From Candidatus Hydrothermarchaeales archaeon (GTDB taxonomy: Archaea; Hydrothermarchaeota; Hydrothermarchaeia; Hydrothermarchaeales; JAZGAD01), in assembly GCA_036444275.1 (NCBI GenBank), contig JAZGAD010000005.1, positions 1-13,577 on the forward strand: DNA of 13,577 nt, written 5' to 3'. Shown here piece after piece: positions 1 through 9,447 of the stretch. The translations under genes were made by a program, and so were the position numbers. Numbering within the stretch: position 1 is the stretch's first letter; the number at the start of each line of letters is the position of its first letter. The notes beneath the pieces were generated by a model. The model was given only the letters and a program-made list of their open reading frames with translations. It was not told the DNA's origin and did not search any database.

Positions 1-1
1 G

Positions 2-808
2 GCGTTAGCCTATAATGAGGTCACAGGCGAGCTATTACCTTTCCAGGTGACGGTTCAGAGGAAGAGGAAGCACGGCATCGAAGAGGCGGCTAAGGAGCAC
101 CCGCTCAAGCTCTTTGCATTCGACTTATTATACCTGGATGGCGTAGACTACACCGAGAAGCCCTATATCGAACGTAGGAAGAAGCTGGGCGACATTATCT
201 CTGACGAGGTGATAGTGCTCTCTGACTTCATCATAACCGATGACTACACGAAAGTGAGGGAGTACTTCGAGGAAGAGCTGGAGAAGGGCTTAGAGGGGAT
301 CATTGCCAAGCGTTTGGACGCTCCTTATTCCGCTGGCGCGAGGAATTTCGACTGGATAAAGTTGAAGAGGAGCTACAGGGGCGAGCTCTCTGATACCATA
401 GATGTCTGCATCGTGGGCTACTTCAGGGGGCGTGGCTTGCGTGCTAAGTTCGGCATAGGCGCCGTCCTAGGCGCTGTGTATGAGCCCGAGGAAGATGCCT
501 TCAAGACGGTATCAAAGGTGGGCTCGGGTTTCACTGAAAAGGGATGGGTCAGTCTGAGGGAGACGCTAGACGAGATAGCAATTGAGCATAAGCCTGCTAG
601 GGTGGACTCTCTCTTGGAGCCTGATATCTGGGTAGAGCCGAGATATGTGATAACTGTAACTGCCGATGAGATAACGCGCTCGCCCATGCATACTGCAGGG
701 AAGACAGATACCGAGTCGGGCTATGCGCTGCGCTTTCCTCGTGCCCAGGGCTTCATAAGGGATGATAAAGCGGCAGAAGACTCAATAACTGTCATTGAAA
801 TATTATAG
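2..808 (+). CDS. lig: ATP-dependent DNA ligase (archaeal type), 5'-truncated by the window edge
   Basis: The frame is open from base 2 (ALAYNEVTGELLPFQVTVQRKRK). Ligase motifs present: IIIa FAFDLLY, IV EGIIAK, V WIKLK, OB-fold DVCIVGYFRGRG, and VI LRFPR. It ends at TAG 806-808. Confidence 0.96.
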   Translation, partial: ALAYNEVTGELLPFQVTVQRKRKHGIEEAAKEHPLKLFAFDLLYLDGVDYTEKPYIERRKKLGDIISDEVIVLSDFIITDDYTKVREYFEEELEKGLEGIIAKRLDAPYSAGARNFDWIKLKRSYRGELSDTIDVCIVGYFRGRGLRAKFGIGAVLGAVYEPEEDAFKTVSKVGSGFTEKGWVSLRETLDEIAIEHKPARVDSLLEPDIWVEPRYVITVTADEITRSPMHTAGKTDTESGYALRFPRAQGFIRDDKAAEDSITVIEIL

Positions 809-954
809 ATGTATGGGATGAAGAAGCAGGTTGATGTATAGACTCTTGATTTTTGTAATTTTTAAAAGACTGTGAGTAGGCTAGTTTCTCACAAGATTTT
901 TATTCGATTAAGTCAATTTAAATTTTAACTATATCCACAAAGAGACTGTAAATT

Positions 955-1668
955 ATGGACTTCGTGAAGACTGGTATTTCGGATTTGGATAATCTGTTTG
1001 CGAACGGCGGCTATCCCCTGGGTAATCAAATTTTACTGATAGGTGGTCCAGGAAGCGGGAAGTCAATCTTCAGTGCACAGTTTCTATACACTGGGGCCAA
1101 GGAATACGGTGAACCCGGGGTATACGTAACACTGGAGGAGCCGCCAGAAAAGATAATCAGAAACATATCTCCCTTTGGATGGGATTTTAAGGCCCTCGAG
1201 GGAGAGGGAAAAATCCGATTCATGGATAGCGTGAGCCTCCGGGCAAAGGGAGGGAGGGATGTGGATCAGGAAGTCCTCAAGGAAAGCCTCGATGTCGACA
1301 ACATGTCGCTCAGTATAGAGAGCACTATAGAAGAGCTCTCAGCGAAGCGCCTCGTCATAGACTCGCTTTCTATGATGGGGTTGTATACGCAGGATGAGTT
1401 TGCCTTGAGGTCAAAGCTTCTAAGGCTCTCGGAGATGCTCTCATCGAAAGGCGTGACGTCGCTTCTCATATTTGAAGCGACGAACCGGGACGTGGGCGTG
1501 GAGGAGTACCCTGTAGAGATGTTCATGTTCGATGGCGTTATAACCCTGGAACTTGATCGAAACTCCAAGGAGCGGAAGATATCGATAAACAAGATGAGGG
1601 GCACAAAACACGTGATCGGCGCCTTCCGATTCAAAATAACCGACTCAGGAGTAGAAATAACCCTCTAA
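955..1668 (+). CDS. Single-domain KaiC/RAD55-family RecA-superfamily ATPase
   Basis: N-terminal KTGISDLD, Walker A GGPGSGKS, YVTLEE, Walker B LVIDSLS, and C-terminal KMRGT, all typical of archaeal KaiC-like ATPases. Confidence 0.92.
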   Translation: MDFVKTGISDLDNLFANGGYPLGNQILLIGGPGSGKSIFSAQFLYTGAKEYGEPGVYVTLEEPPEKIIRNISPFGWDFKALEGEGKIRFMDSVSLRAKGGRDVDQEVLKESLDVDNMSLSIESTIEELSAKRLVIDSLSMMGLYTQDEFALRSKLLRLSEMLSSKGVTSLLIFEATNRDVGVEEYPVEMFMFDGVITLELDRNSKERKISINKMRGTKHVIGAFRFKITDSGVEITL

Positions 1669-1763
1669 GCACGTTAGCTGGATAAATGCGTTTTCCTTTA
1701 TATCAGGACTGCTGTAAAATCTTTTTAAATAACATTTAATACTTCAAACACTGAAGTTTAAAC

Positions 1764-3038
1764 ATGCAGAAATACCAGTCCTGGGAGGATCCCAGATGCG
1801 AGATTCTTAAGGCCCTGTATAAGGCCAGGCCCATGAGCAGGAAGCTCTGCTTGACATGTAAGGGCGGGCGCCTTCTCTGCGGTAGGCCCTCTTGTCCCCT
1901 GCTCGCTAGAGTGAAGATCCAGAGTCCTTTGGAAGGGCAGTTAAAGGAGGAGCTATTCGGGCCTTCACCGAGCATATTCGTGGGCTGGAAGGGCTATCCA
2001 AAGGTATTCATCGGCCCTCTTACCTCTCTGCAAACCGAGAATTCAGCGCTCCTAGACGATCCGAGCATGTGGTACGGCATGGGCTTCAACGACATCATAA
2101 GGATGCGTTCTCTGCTAGTGCGTTCGAAGTTGAGGCAGGGCGTTCGAGCTAGGACAAAGCTTGTGGAGGAATCCCAGGAAGTGGCGCTCTCTATAACGCC
2201 CGTGGACACAGAAGTCAGATTCGAGAGGAAGCCCAGCTATGGCATGTCCTTCACCTCAATAAGCCAGCCTCTGGGTCCGAGCGGAATCTTGAAAGACTTG
2301 AAGGTTGCAGATAATCCTAAGATACCAAAGAAAGTGGACTCCATCATTGAAGATGAATTCAGAGCCAGCGATGCAACTCTGGAGCTCTATCGCTCTGGAT
2401 TCGATGTCTACTACTTGTCCCGAGTATTATCTTCAGGTGCTCTCGGCGTAAAGGAAAATCGGAAGCTAGTGCCGACGAGGTGGAGTATTACTGCAATAGA
2501 CGACATCCTCGGTAAGGGGTTAACAGAAGAGATCAGGGATTTACCAGAGGTCACCGACTATATGGTATATCGCAATACCTACCTGTACAATCACTTCGAG
2601 GTTCTGCTGATGCCCCGTAAGTGGGAGTACGAGCAGTTCGAGGCATGGGCACCGGATACGCTTTGGACAATGGCCTATGATAAGCCTGCTATAAACCAGG
2701 AGAACGAGGGCTACTGGGGCCGGAAAGATTACGCTTTAAAAGAGGGAGGTGGCTACTATGCATGCCGTTTAGCTGTATTGGAGGCTCTTCAGAGGATGCG
2801 TAGGCAGGCAGGTGTTGTCGTCTTCAGGGAGATATACGAGGGCTATGTCATGCCTGTCGGAGTCTGGGAGGTCAGGGAGAACGTCCGCAAGGCAATGGCG
2901 AATCCTCCATCCAAGTTCGCGAGCTTGGAGGAAGCCTTGGAAGACATAGCAAAGGGGCTGAAGATCCCGTTGAAGGAGTATCTAGACAGGAGCAATATTC
3001 TGAGGCAGCTTAGATTAGAAGAATTCCTCAAAGTGTGA
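1764..3038 (+). CDS. nreA: Nre-family PCNA-interacting DNA repair protein
   Basis: N-terminal Cys cluster CLTCKGGRLLCGRPSCPLL; conserved GPSPSIFVG..GYPKV, LVPTRWSITAIDD, GGYYA and PVGVWEVRENVR; C-terminal PIP-like QLRLEEF. The start could be the later ATG at 1833. Confidence 0.9.
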   Translation: MQKYQSWEDPRCEILKALYKARPMSRKLCLTCKGGRLLCGRPSCPLLARVKIQSPLEGQLKEELFGPSPSIFVGWKGYPKVFIGPLTSLQTENSALLDDPSMWYGMGFNDIIRMRSLLVRSKLRQGVRARTKLVEESQEVALSITPVDTEVRFERKPSYGMSFTSISQPLGPSGILKDLKVADNPKIPKKVDSIIEDEFRASDATLELYRSGFDVYYLSRVLSSGALGVKENRKLVPTRWSITAIDDILGKGLTEEIRDLPEVTDYMVYRNTYLYNHFEVLLMPRKWEYEQFEAWAPDTLWTMAYDKPAINQENEGYWGRKDYALKEGGGYYACRLAVLEALQRMRRQAGVVVFREIYEGYVMPVGVWEVRENVRKAMANPPSKFASLEEALEDIAKGLKIPLKEYLDRSNILRQLRLEEFLKV

Positions 3039-3072
3039 GCGATAAGTACCGTACAAGAGGCTATTATTAAGG

Positions 3073-4407
3073 CTATCCACCGCCACCGAACTCGGAGAGC
3101 GATGCCTGTGTCGTCTTCTCCTTATGGGTCTGTGTCTTTATCCTCTCCTGTGTGAGCTTCTCTGCCCTCTCGTGGATGTGTTTAGCTCTCTCCTCACTGG
3201 TGAAGTACTGGATCTCGTTCAGTGTGAATTCCAGTTCAGATGCTATTTTTGCTCCCATCTCTGGATTCTGCATAACCATCTTCAGCATCGGGAAGTATTC
3301 TTCTTTTGCCTCCCTCTTAGAGCAGTGAATTCCTTTAGAAATCTTGCCCGCGGCACTGTCTAAGAGCTCCCTCTGCTTCTTCGTTCTGGCATAGAGCACG
3401 AAGATCTCTGGATAGCGGTAAGGAGTGAATCCTCTGTAGTGGTGGTGCTTTGCTGTTGCTACTCCCGCAGACATTAAATCAGATGCATAGCTGAGGAGCC
3501 CATGCTCCTGCCTTCTTATAATCCTGCCCAAGAATACATCGCTCCTCGATATTTGTTGGAAGGCTCTAGCCAGGTCGCCTTTGTCCGCGTATTCTACAGG
3601 GAGATTCTCAGATATCCATTTCATCATAGTATCTGCGTCCTTGCCTGATTCCCACATTGCTTCTCTCGCGCGGTCGCAGGAGGTGGTCTTGAATATCTTT
3701 CGCAGTACGTCGAATATTTTGGCCTCTGAGTCGCGCATAGTCAAGACATCCACGTCATCTAGGGAGAGCTTTGATCTGCCCTCGCCCAGTGCCTGGAGAT
3801 CGTTTATTGCGCTCCTGAGGTCGCCGTTTGAATTCGTCGCTATTATCCTGAGGACTTTCTCTTCGGTCTCTATACCCTCTTGGGAGCATATGTTCTTCAA
3901 GACTCCAAGTATTACTCCTTGGTCCAGCCTCTTGAATTCCACTAGCTTTACTAGGTTTCTGAAGTCCCTGGGAAGCTTGTAGGGGTCGTTGGCTATGAGG
4001 ACCATAAGTTGCTTGGCATCCTTGATCACGTTCTGCAGAGCTTTCACTCCACCGTAGTCGGATTTGCCGTGTATTCCATCGACCTCATCTACTATGATGA
4101 TCTTCTTCTCGTATTCAGGGTTCAGCGTAGTGAGAGAAGATGCTGAGCCGATGATGCGGTTTATCACTTCATAGGTCCTAGCGTCACTGGCGTTGAGCTC
4201 TATGCGGTCGTAGTTGAGTTCATTTGCAATGGCATATGCTACAGAGGTCTTGCCTGTGCCAGCAGGGCCATGGAGAAGGATAGCCTTCTTCTTTGGCACG
4301 CCAGTTTTCCATTCATCGACCCATCCTACGAGGGCTCTAACAGAGCCGGGGTTGCCGGCTACGTCCTTGAGTTTCTGCGGCCTGTATCTCTCCACCCATG
4401 TCTTCAT
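3073..4407 (-). CDS. rfcL: Replication factor C large subunit (clamp loader)
   Basis: The protein reads from the reverse complement (CAT at 4405-4407, CTA at 3073-3075), so it is on the minus strand despite the track label. Motifs: WVERYRP, Walker A GPAGTGKT, ELNASD, Walker B IIVDEVD, GDLRSAINDLQ, and C-terminal PIP box QASLSEF. Confidence 0.96.
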   Translation of the reverse strand: MKTWVERYRPQKLKDVAGNPGSVRALVGWVDEWKTGVPKKKAILLHGPAGTGKTSVAYAIANELNYDRIELNASDARTYEVINRIIGSASSLTTLNPEYEKKIIIVDEVDGIHGKSDYGGVKALQNVIKDAKQLMVLIANDPYKLPRDFRNLVKLVEFKRLDQGVILGVLKNICSQEGIETEEKVLRIIATNSNGDLRSAINDLQALGEGRSKLSLDDVDVLTMRDSEAKIFDVLRKIFKTTSCDRAREAMWESGKDADTMMKWISENLPVEYADKGDLARAFQQISRSDVFLGRIIRRQEHGLLSYASDLMSAGVATAKHHHYRGFTPYRYPEIFVLYARTKKQRELLDSAAGKISKGIHCSKREAKEEYFPMLKMVMQNPEMGAKIASELEFTLNEIQYFTSEERAKHIHERAEKLTQERIKTQTHKEKTTQASLSEFGGGG

Positions 4408-4439
4408 TTTTGTATCATTTTGTGATAGACGCTTAGGTG

Positions 4440-4447
4440 TATAAAAA
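4440..4447 (-). promoter_or_regulatory. Putative TATA box of rfcL
   Basis: Minus-strand TTTTTATA about 33 nt upstream of the rfcL ATG. Confidence 0.5.
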
Positions 4448-4558
4448 GGTGCTTAATTATGGTGCAGTGCAGTGAATCATGCTTAATGGAAGTGGAAACT
4501 AACTAGTCGTCTGTTAACGTAAATAAGTCGAAGAGTCGGTTTTGGGCGAGGGGGATAT

Positions 4559-5008
4559 TCAGAATTTTAATTTATTAACCCAATCAGGTATTTTCTTATC
4601 CACAACGTTATCGTACTGGGGCCAATAAGGTTTGATATCAATTATAGGGGTGCCGTCCAAAATATCCAAACCTTTTACTTTTATCTTATTTCCCTCATGT
4701 CCTACCAGCCTTACATTCGTAATCGCAATTGGATTTGGTCTTGTAGGGCAACGACAGGCGAAAATACCCACAATTGGTACATTCGGATTGCCTTGTGGAC
4801 GATGGGTTATGACATAACCCTTAACCTTATCCATCCAATAAACAATAATTACATGAGAATAATCATCTATACCCATTAATGCTTCCGTGAATTCCTCATT
4901 CACTATTATTTCAGAAACTTCATCAGCAAAATTTCCAAATCTTGCTTCTTTAATAGTATTTTTCACAAAGCCTATGGGTTTTAAAGTAATTTCTTTCATA
5001 TTATTCAT
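4559..5008 (-). CDS. tsaA: tRNA m6t6A37 methyltransferase TsaA/TrmO (YaeB family)
   Basis: LKPIGFV, YSHVIIVYW, GIFACRCPTRPNPI and VKGLDILDGTPIIDIKPY are YaeB/TsaA family signatures. Confidence 0.9.
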   Translation of the reverse strand: MNNMKEITLKPIGFVKNTIKEARFGNFADEVSEIIVNEEFTEALMGIDDYSHVIIVYWMDKVKGYVITHRPQGNPNVPIVGIFACRCPTRPNPIAITNVRLVGHEGNKIKVKGLDILDGTPIIDIKPYWPQYDNVVDKKIPDWVNKLKF

Positions 5009-5029
5009 AGTTTCTAGTTATCTAGAGTG

Positions 5030-5037
5030 TATTTAAA
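5030..5037 (-). promoter_or_regulatory. Putative TATA box of tsaA (leaderless or short-leader transcript)
   Basis: Minus-strand TTTAAATA about 22 nt upstream of the ATG at 5008, preceded by purine-rich AAAACAAACG (BRE-like). Confidence 0.5.
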
Positions 5038-5077
5038 CGTTTGTTTTAGCAAATCTTAAACGTTTGTTTTAGCAAAT
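5033..5077. repeat. Perfect 22-bp tandem direct repeat (period 23)
   Basis: TTAAACGTTTGTTTTAGCAAAT at 5033-5054 and 5056-5077. Confidence 0.95.
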
Positions 5078-5179
5078 TCCGAAGTCGATTGCGTACGTTA
5101 TACGGGGTAAGTTCGCGATAGCAAATCTGGGCTAACTTAATGCCAAACTTTAAATCCAAGTTTCTCTCACCGCTTGAAT

Positions 5180-6067
5180 ATGGGCTATGTGCTGGACTCC
5201 CTCAAGCGTTCCTTAAGCATCGTCAAAGAGAACCCCCCCATATTAGCGGTATCATTCGTGTATGCGTTGATTAGCACACCTATCGCTATCCTGCCGAGAT
5301 TATTCCCAAAGATGGTACTATCTTTGCCTATATTCTTGCTTCTGGCTGTTATACTATTCATGATCTTCATCGCCCCCTTCTTCACCGGCGGTCTCTATGG
5401 AATGGCAATAGAAGCTATAGAGCGACCGATCAACCTATCGACTTTCATCAAGGAGGGCAAAAGGAACTATGTCTCGCTATTCATTGCGTTCTTCTTGTTT
5501 TTCGTCTTAATATTTGGCTTGCAGATAGGGCTGATGATGGGTAGTTTCTTCGCTGCAGGCATATTGAAGGACATCATCCCACTCTCCCGTGCAGTGCTAG
5601 CATTCATCACCGTGCTCTTCACGATAGTAATACTGCCGATATTGATGTTTTTCCTCCAATTCTTCGACATAGGCATCGTGGCCAATCACTACGGGGCGAT
5701 AGAGACATTTAGAAAGAGCTTTGGTTTTGCAAGAGCGAGGCTCTTAACCGTCTTCTGGTATACCATCCTGAGGTTCTTGATCATGATACCCCTGATAATC
5801 CCAAACGTGCTCGTATCCATCTACACTCCTCGGGGGATGCAAGAAGCAGGACAAATCGGCGTCTTCGGAGCAGCGCTTCCAACTGGGCTGCTGTTGCTAT
5901 GGGCCGTAGCCAATCTAGTCTTGGGGGCTCTAATCGGGGCAATTCAAGTTGTATTCCCAAGCGTCTTTTATACCCAATCTCAAGCTCAACAAATTTTCAT
6001 AGAAAAAGATAAGCCTGAAACTCCGCTGCATACCACAGCATTACAGGAGCGGCCTCTACCGTATTAG
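5180..6067 (+). CDS. Multi-pass membrane protein of unknown function (DUF975/DUF7847-like)
   Basis: About 6 hydrophobic segments; motifs APFFTGGLYGMA and GAIETFRKSFGF. ATG 5180 is preferred over TTG 5174; a TATA-like TTTAAA at ~5149-5154 lies ~25 nt upstream. The family name is tentative. Confidence 0.75.
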   Translation: MGYVLDSLKRSLSIVKENPPILAVSFVYALISTPIAILPRLFPKMVLSLPIFLLLAVILFMIFIAPFFTGGLYGMAIEAIERPINLSTFIKEGKRNYVSLFIAFFLFFVLIFGLQIGLMMGSFFAAGILKDIIPLSRAVLAFITVLFTIVILPILMFFLQFFDIGIVANHYGAIETFRKSFGFARARLLTVFWYTILRFLIMIPLIIPNVLVSIYTPRGMQEAGQIGVFGAALPTGLLLLWAVANLVLGALIGAIQVVFPSVFYTQSQAQQIFIEKDKPETPLHTTALQERPLPY

Positions 6068-6181
6068 AACAATAAAGCAAATCAAATTGGCTAAGTAGAA
6101 AAGGCAGTTAAAATTGGCGTGATTAGGCCCTACCGAGCCTATGATTTTATATATGTTAATTTCTAAAGATTAAGTGAAATC

Positions 6182-6367
6182 ATGAGCATCGAAGTACAAG
6201 AACTGCAGAAGATTAGGCAAGACCTCGATATCCTCACGAATCTTTATGCAAAACTGATCGACAGGCTTTTGCCAGAAGAAGAGCCCGATGAGGATGACGT
6301 CAAAGCCATCAGGGAGAAGGATGAGATAGTGGGGGAGGAAGAGCTCTTCAGGGTCTTGAGGGAATGA
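6182..6367 (+). CDS. Putative antitoxin of a RelBE-like type II TA pair
   Basis: Small acidic 61-aa protein (PEEEPDEDDVKAI...EEELFRVL) overlapping the toxin gene by ATGA; TATA-like TTTTATATA upstream. Confidence 0.8.
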   Translation: MSIEVQELQKIRQDLDILTNLYAKLIDRLLPEEEPDEDDVKAIREKDEIVGEEELFRVLRE

Positions 6368-6633
6368 GCTTTCAGGTAAACATCAAAAGGAAGGCTCTGA
6401 AGTTTGTTTCTAAATTGGATAAAAGGGACAGGAAGAAGCTGGGAAAAGCGCTACTTTTGTTGAAAGAAGATCCTGTTCCTATAAAATTTCTCGATATTAC
6501 CAAAATCAAGGGCGAGAAGAATACTTACCGCATAAGGGTTGGTAAAATCAGAGCCTTATATGAGGTTATGTGGAACGATAAGATCATCCTCATCAAGAAG
6601 GTCGATTTCAGAAAAACAGCATATAAAAGATAA
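6364..6633 (+). CDS. relE: RelE/ParE-superfamily toxin (RelE-type mRNA interferase)
   Basis: Basic 89-aa protein with KIKG..NTYRIRVGKIRALY and C-terminal FRKTAYK, typical of archaeal RelE. Confidence 0.9.
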   Translation: MSFQVNIKRKALKFVSKLDKRDRKKLGKALLLLKEDPVPIKFLDITKIKGEKNTYRIRVGKIRALYEVMWNDKIILIKKVDFRKTAYKR

Positions 6634-6873
6634 GTCATAATTCATATGTGTGTTCTGAATAAAACAGCTTGGTACCGGAATTCCAACTTAAGCATAAGTG
6701 AGGCCAGTTATACATAAATTAGCGTTTAGTCATGGAATTTCCTTGTTCATGAATAAAATAAAATATTCCAACTGTAGGATTTTAATGAATAAAATTGATT
6801 ACATTATATCCTGCTTTGCAGACGTTTAATTTCCCTCTATTTTACAGATATTTTTTAACAAAAAAAGATAAGA

Positions 6874-6892
6874 TTTATATGCCTATTTGAAT
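6874..6892 (+). promoter_or_regulatory. Putative gyrB promoter (TATA box)
   Basis: TTTATATG preceded by A-rich AAAAGATAAGA, in an AT-rich region upstream of gyrB. Confidence 0.45.
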
Positions 6893-6915
6893 CTAATGAG
6901 AACAAGCTTTTTTGA

Positions 6916-9324
<2,409 letters not shown>

Positions 9325-9334
9325 TTATTTTTTT
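9325..9334 (+). terminator. Oligo-T putative archaeal terminator after gyrB
   Basis: TTATTTTTTT immediately after the gyrB TAG. Confidence 0.4.
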
Positions 9335-9447
9335 GATAGGTTTCACAGAACACAACACATAGAAATCGCAACCAAAATTAGAGGGTATAAACTAACCTTT
9401 TTATGCCTTGAACTCTTATCTTCCACTAGTGAAGGAAGGCTCGGTTA

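Noticed and set aside
955-1668. Circadian clock KaiC
   Set aside because: Single domain only, no kaiA or kaiB nearby, and no evident Ser-Thr phosphosite pair.
4487-4556. Possible ORB/origin element (AGTGGAAAC, G-run)
   Set aside because: Only a partial match lacking the TCC half, single copy, and no orc1/cdc6 in the window.
5033-5077. CRISPR array
   Set aside because: Two repeat copies separated by 1 nt, with no spacers and no cas genes.
6068-6700. Direct repeats flanking the relBE pair like those around vapBC
   Set aside because: No long repeat found by eye on either side.
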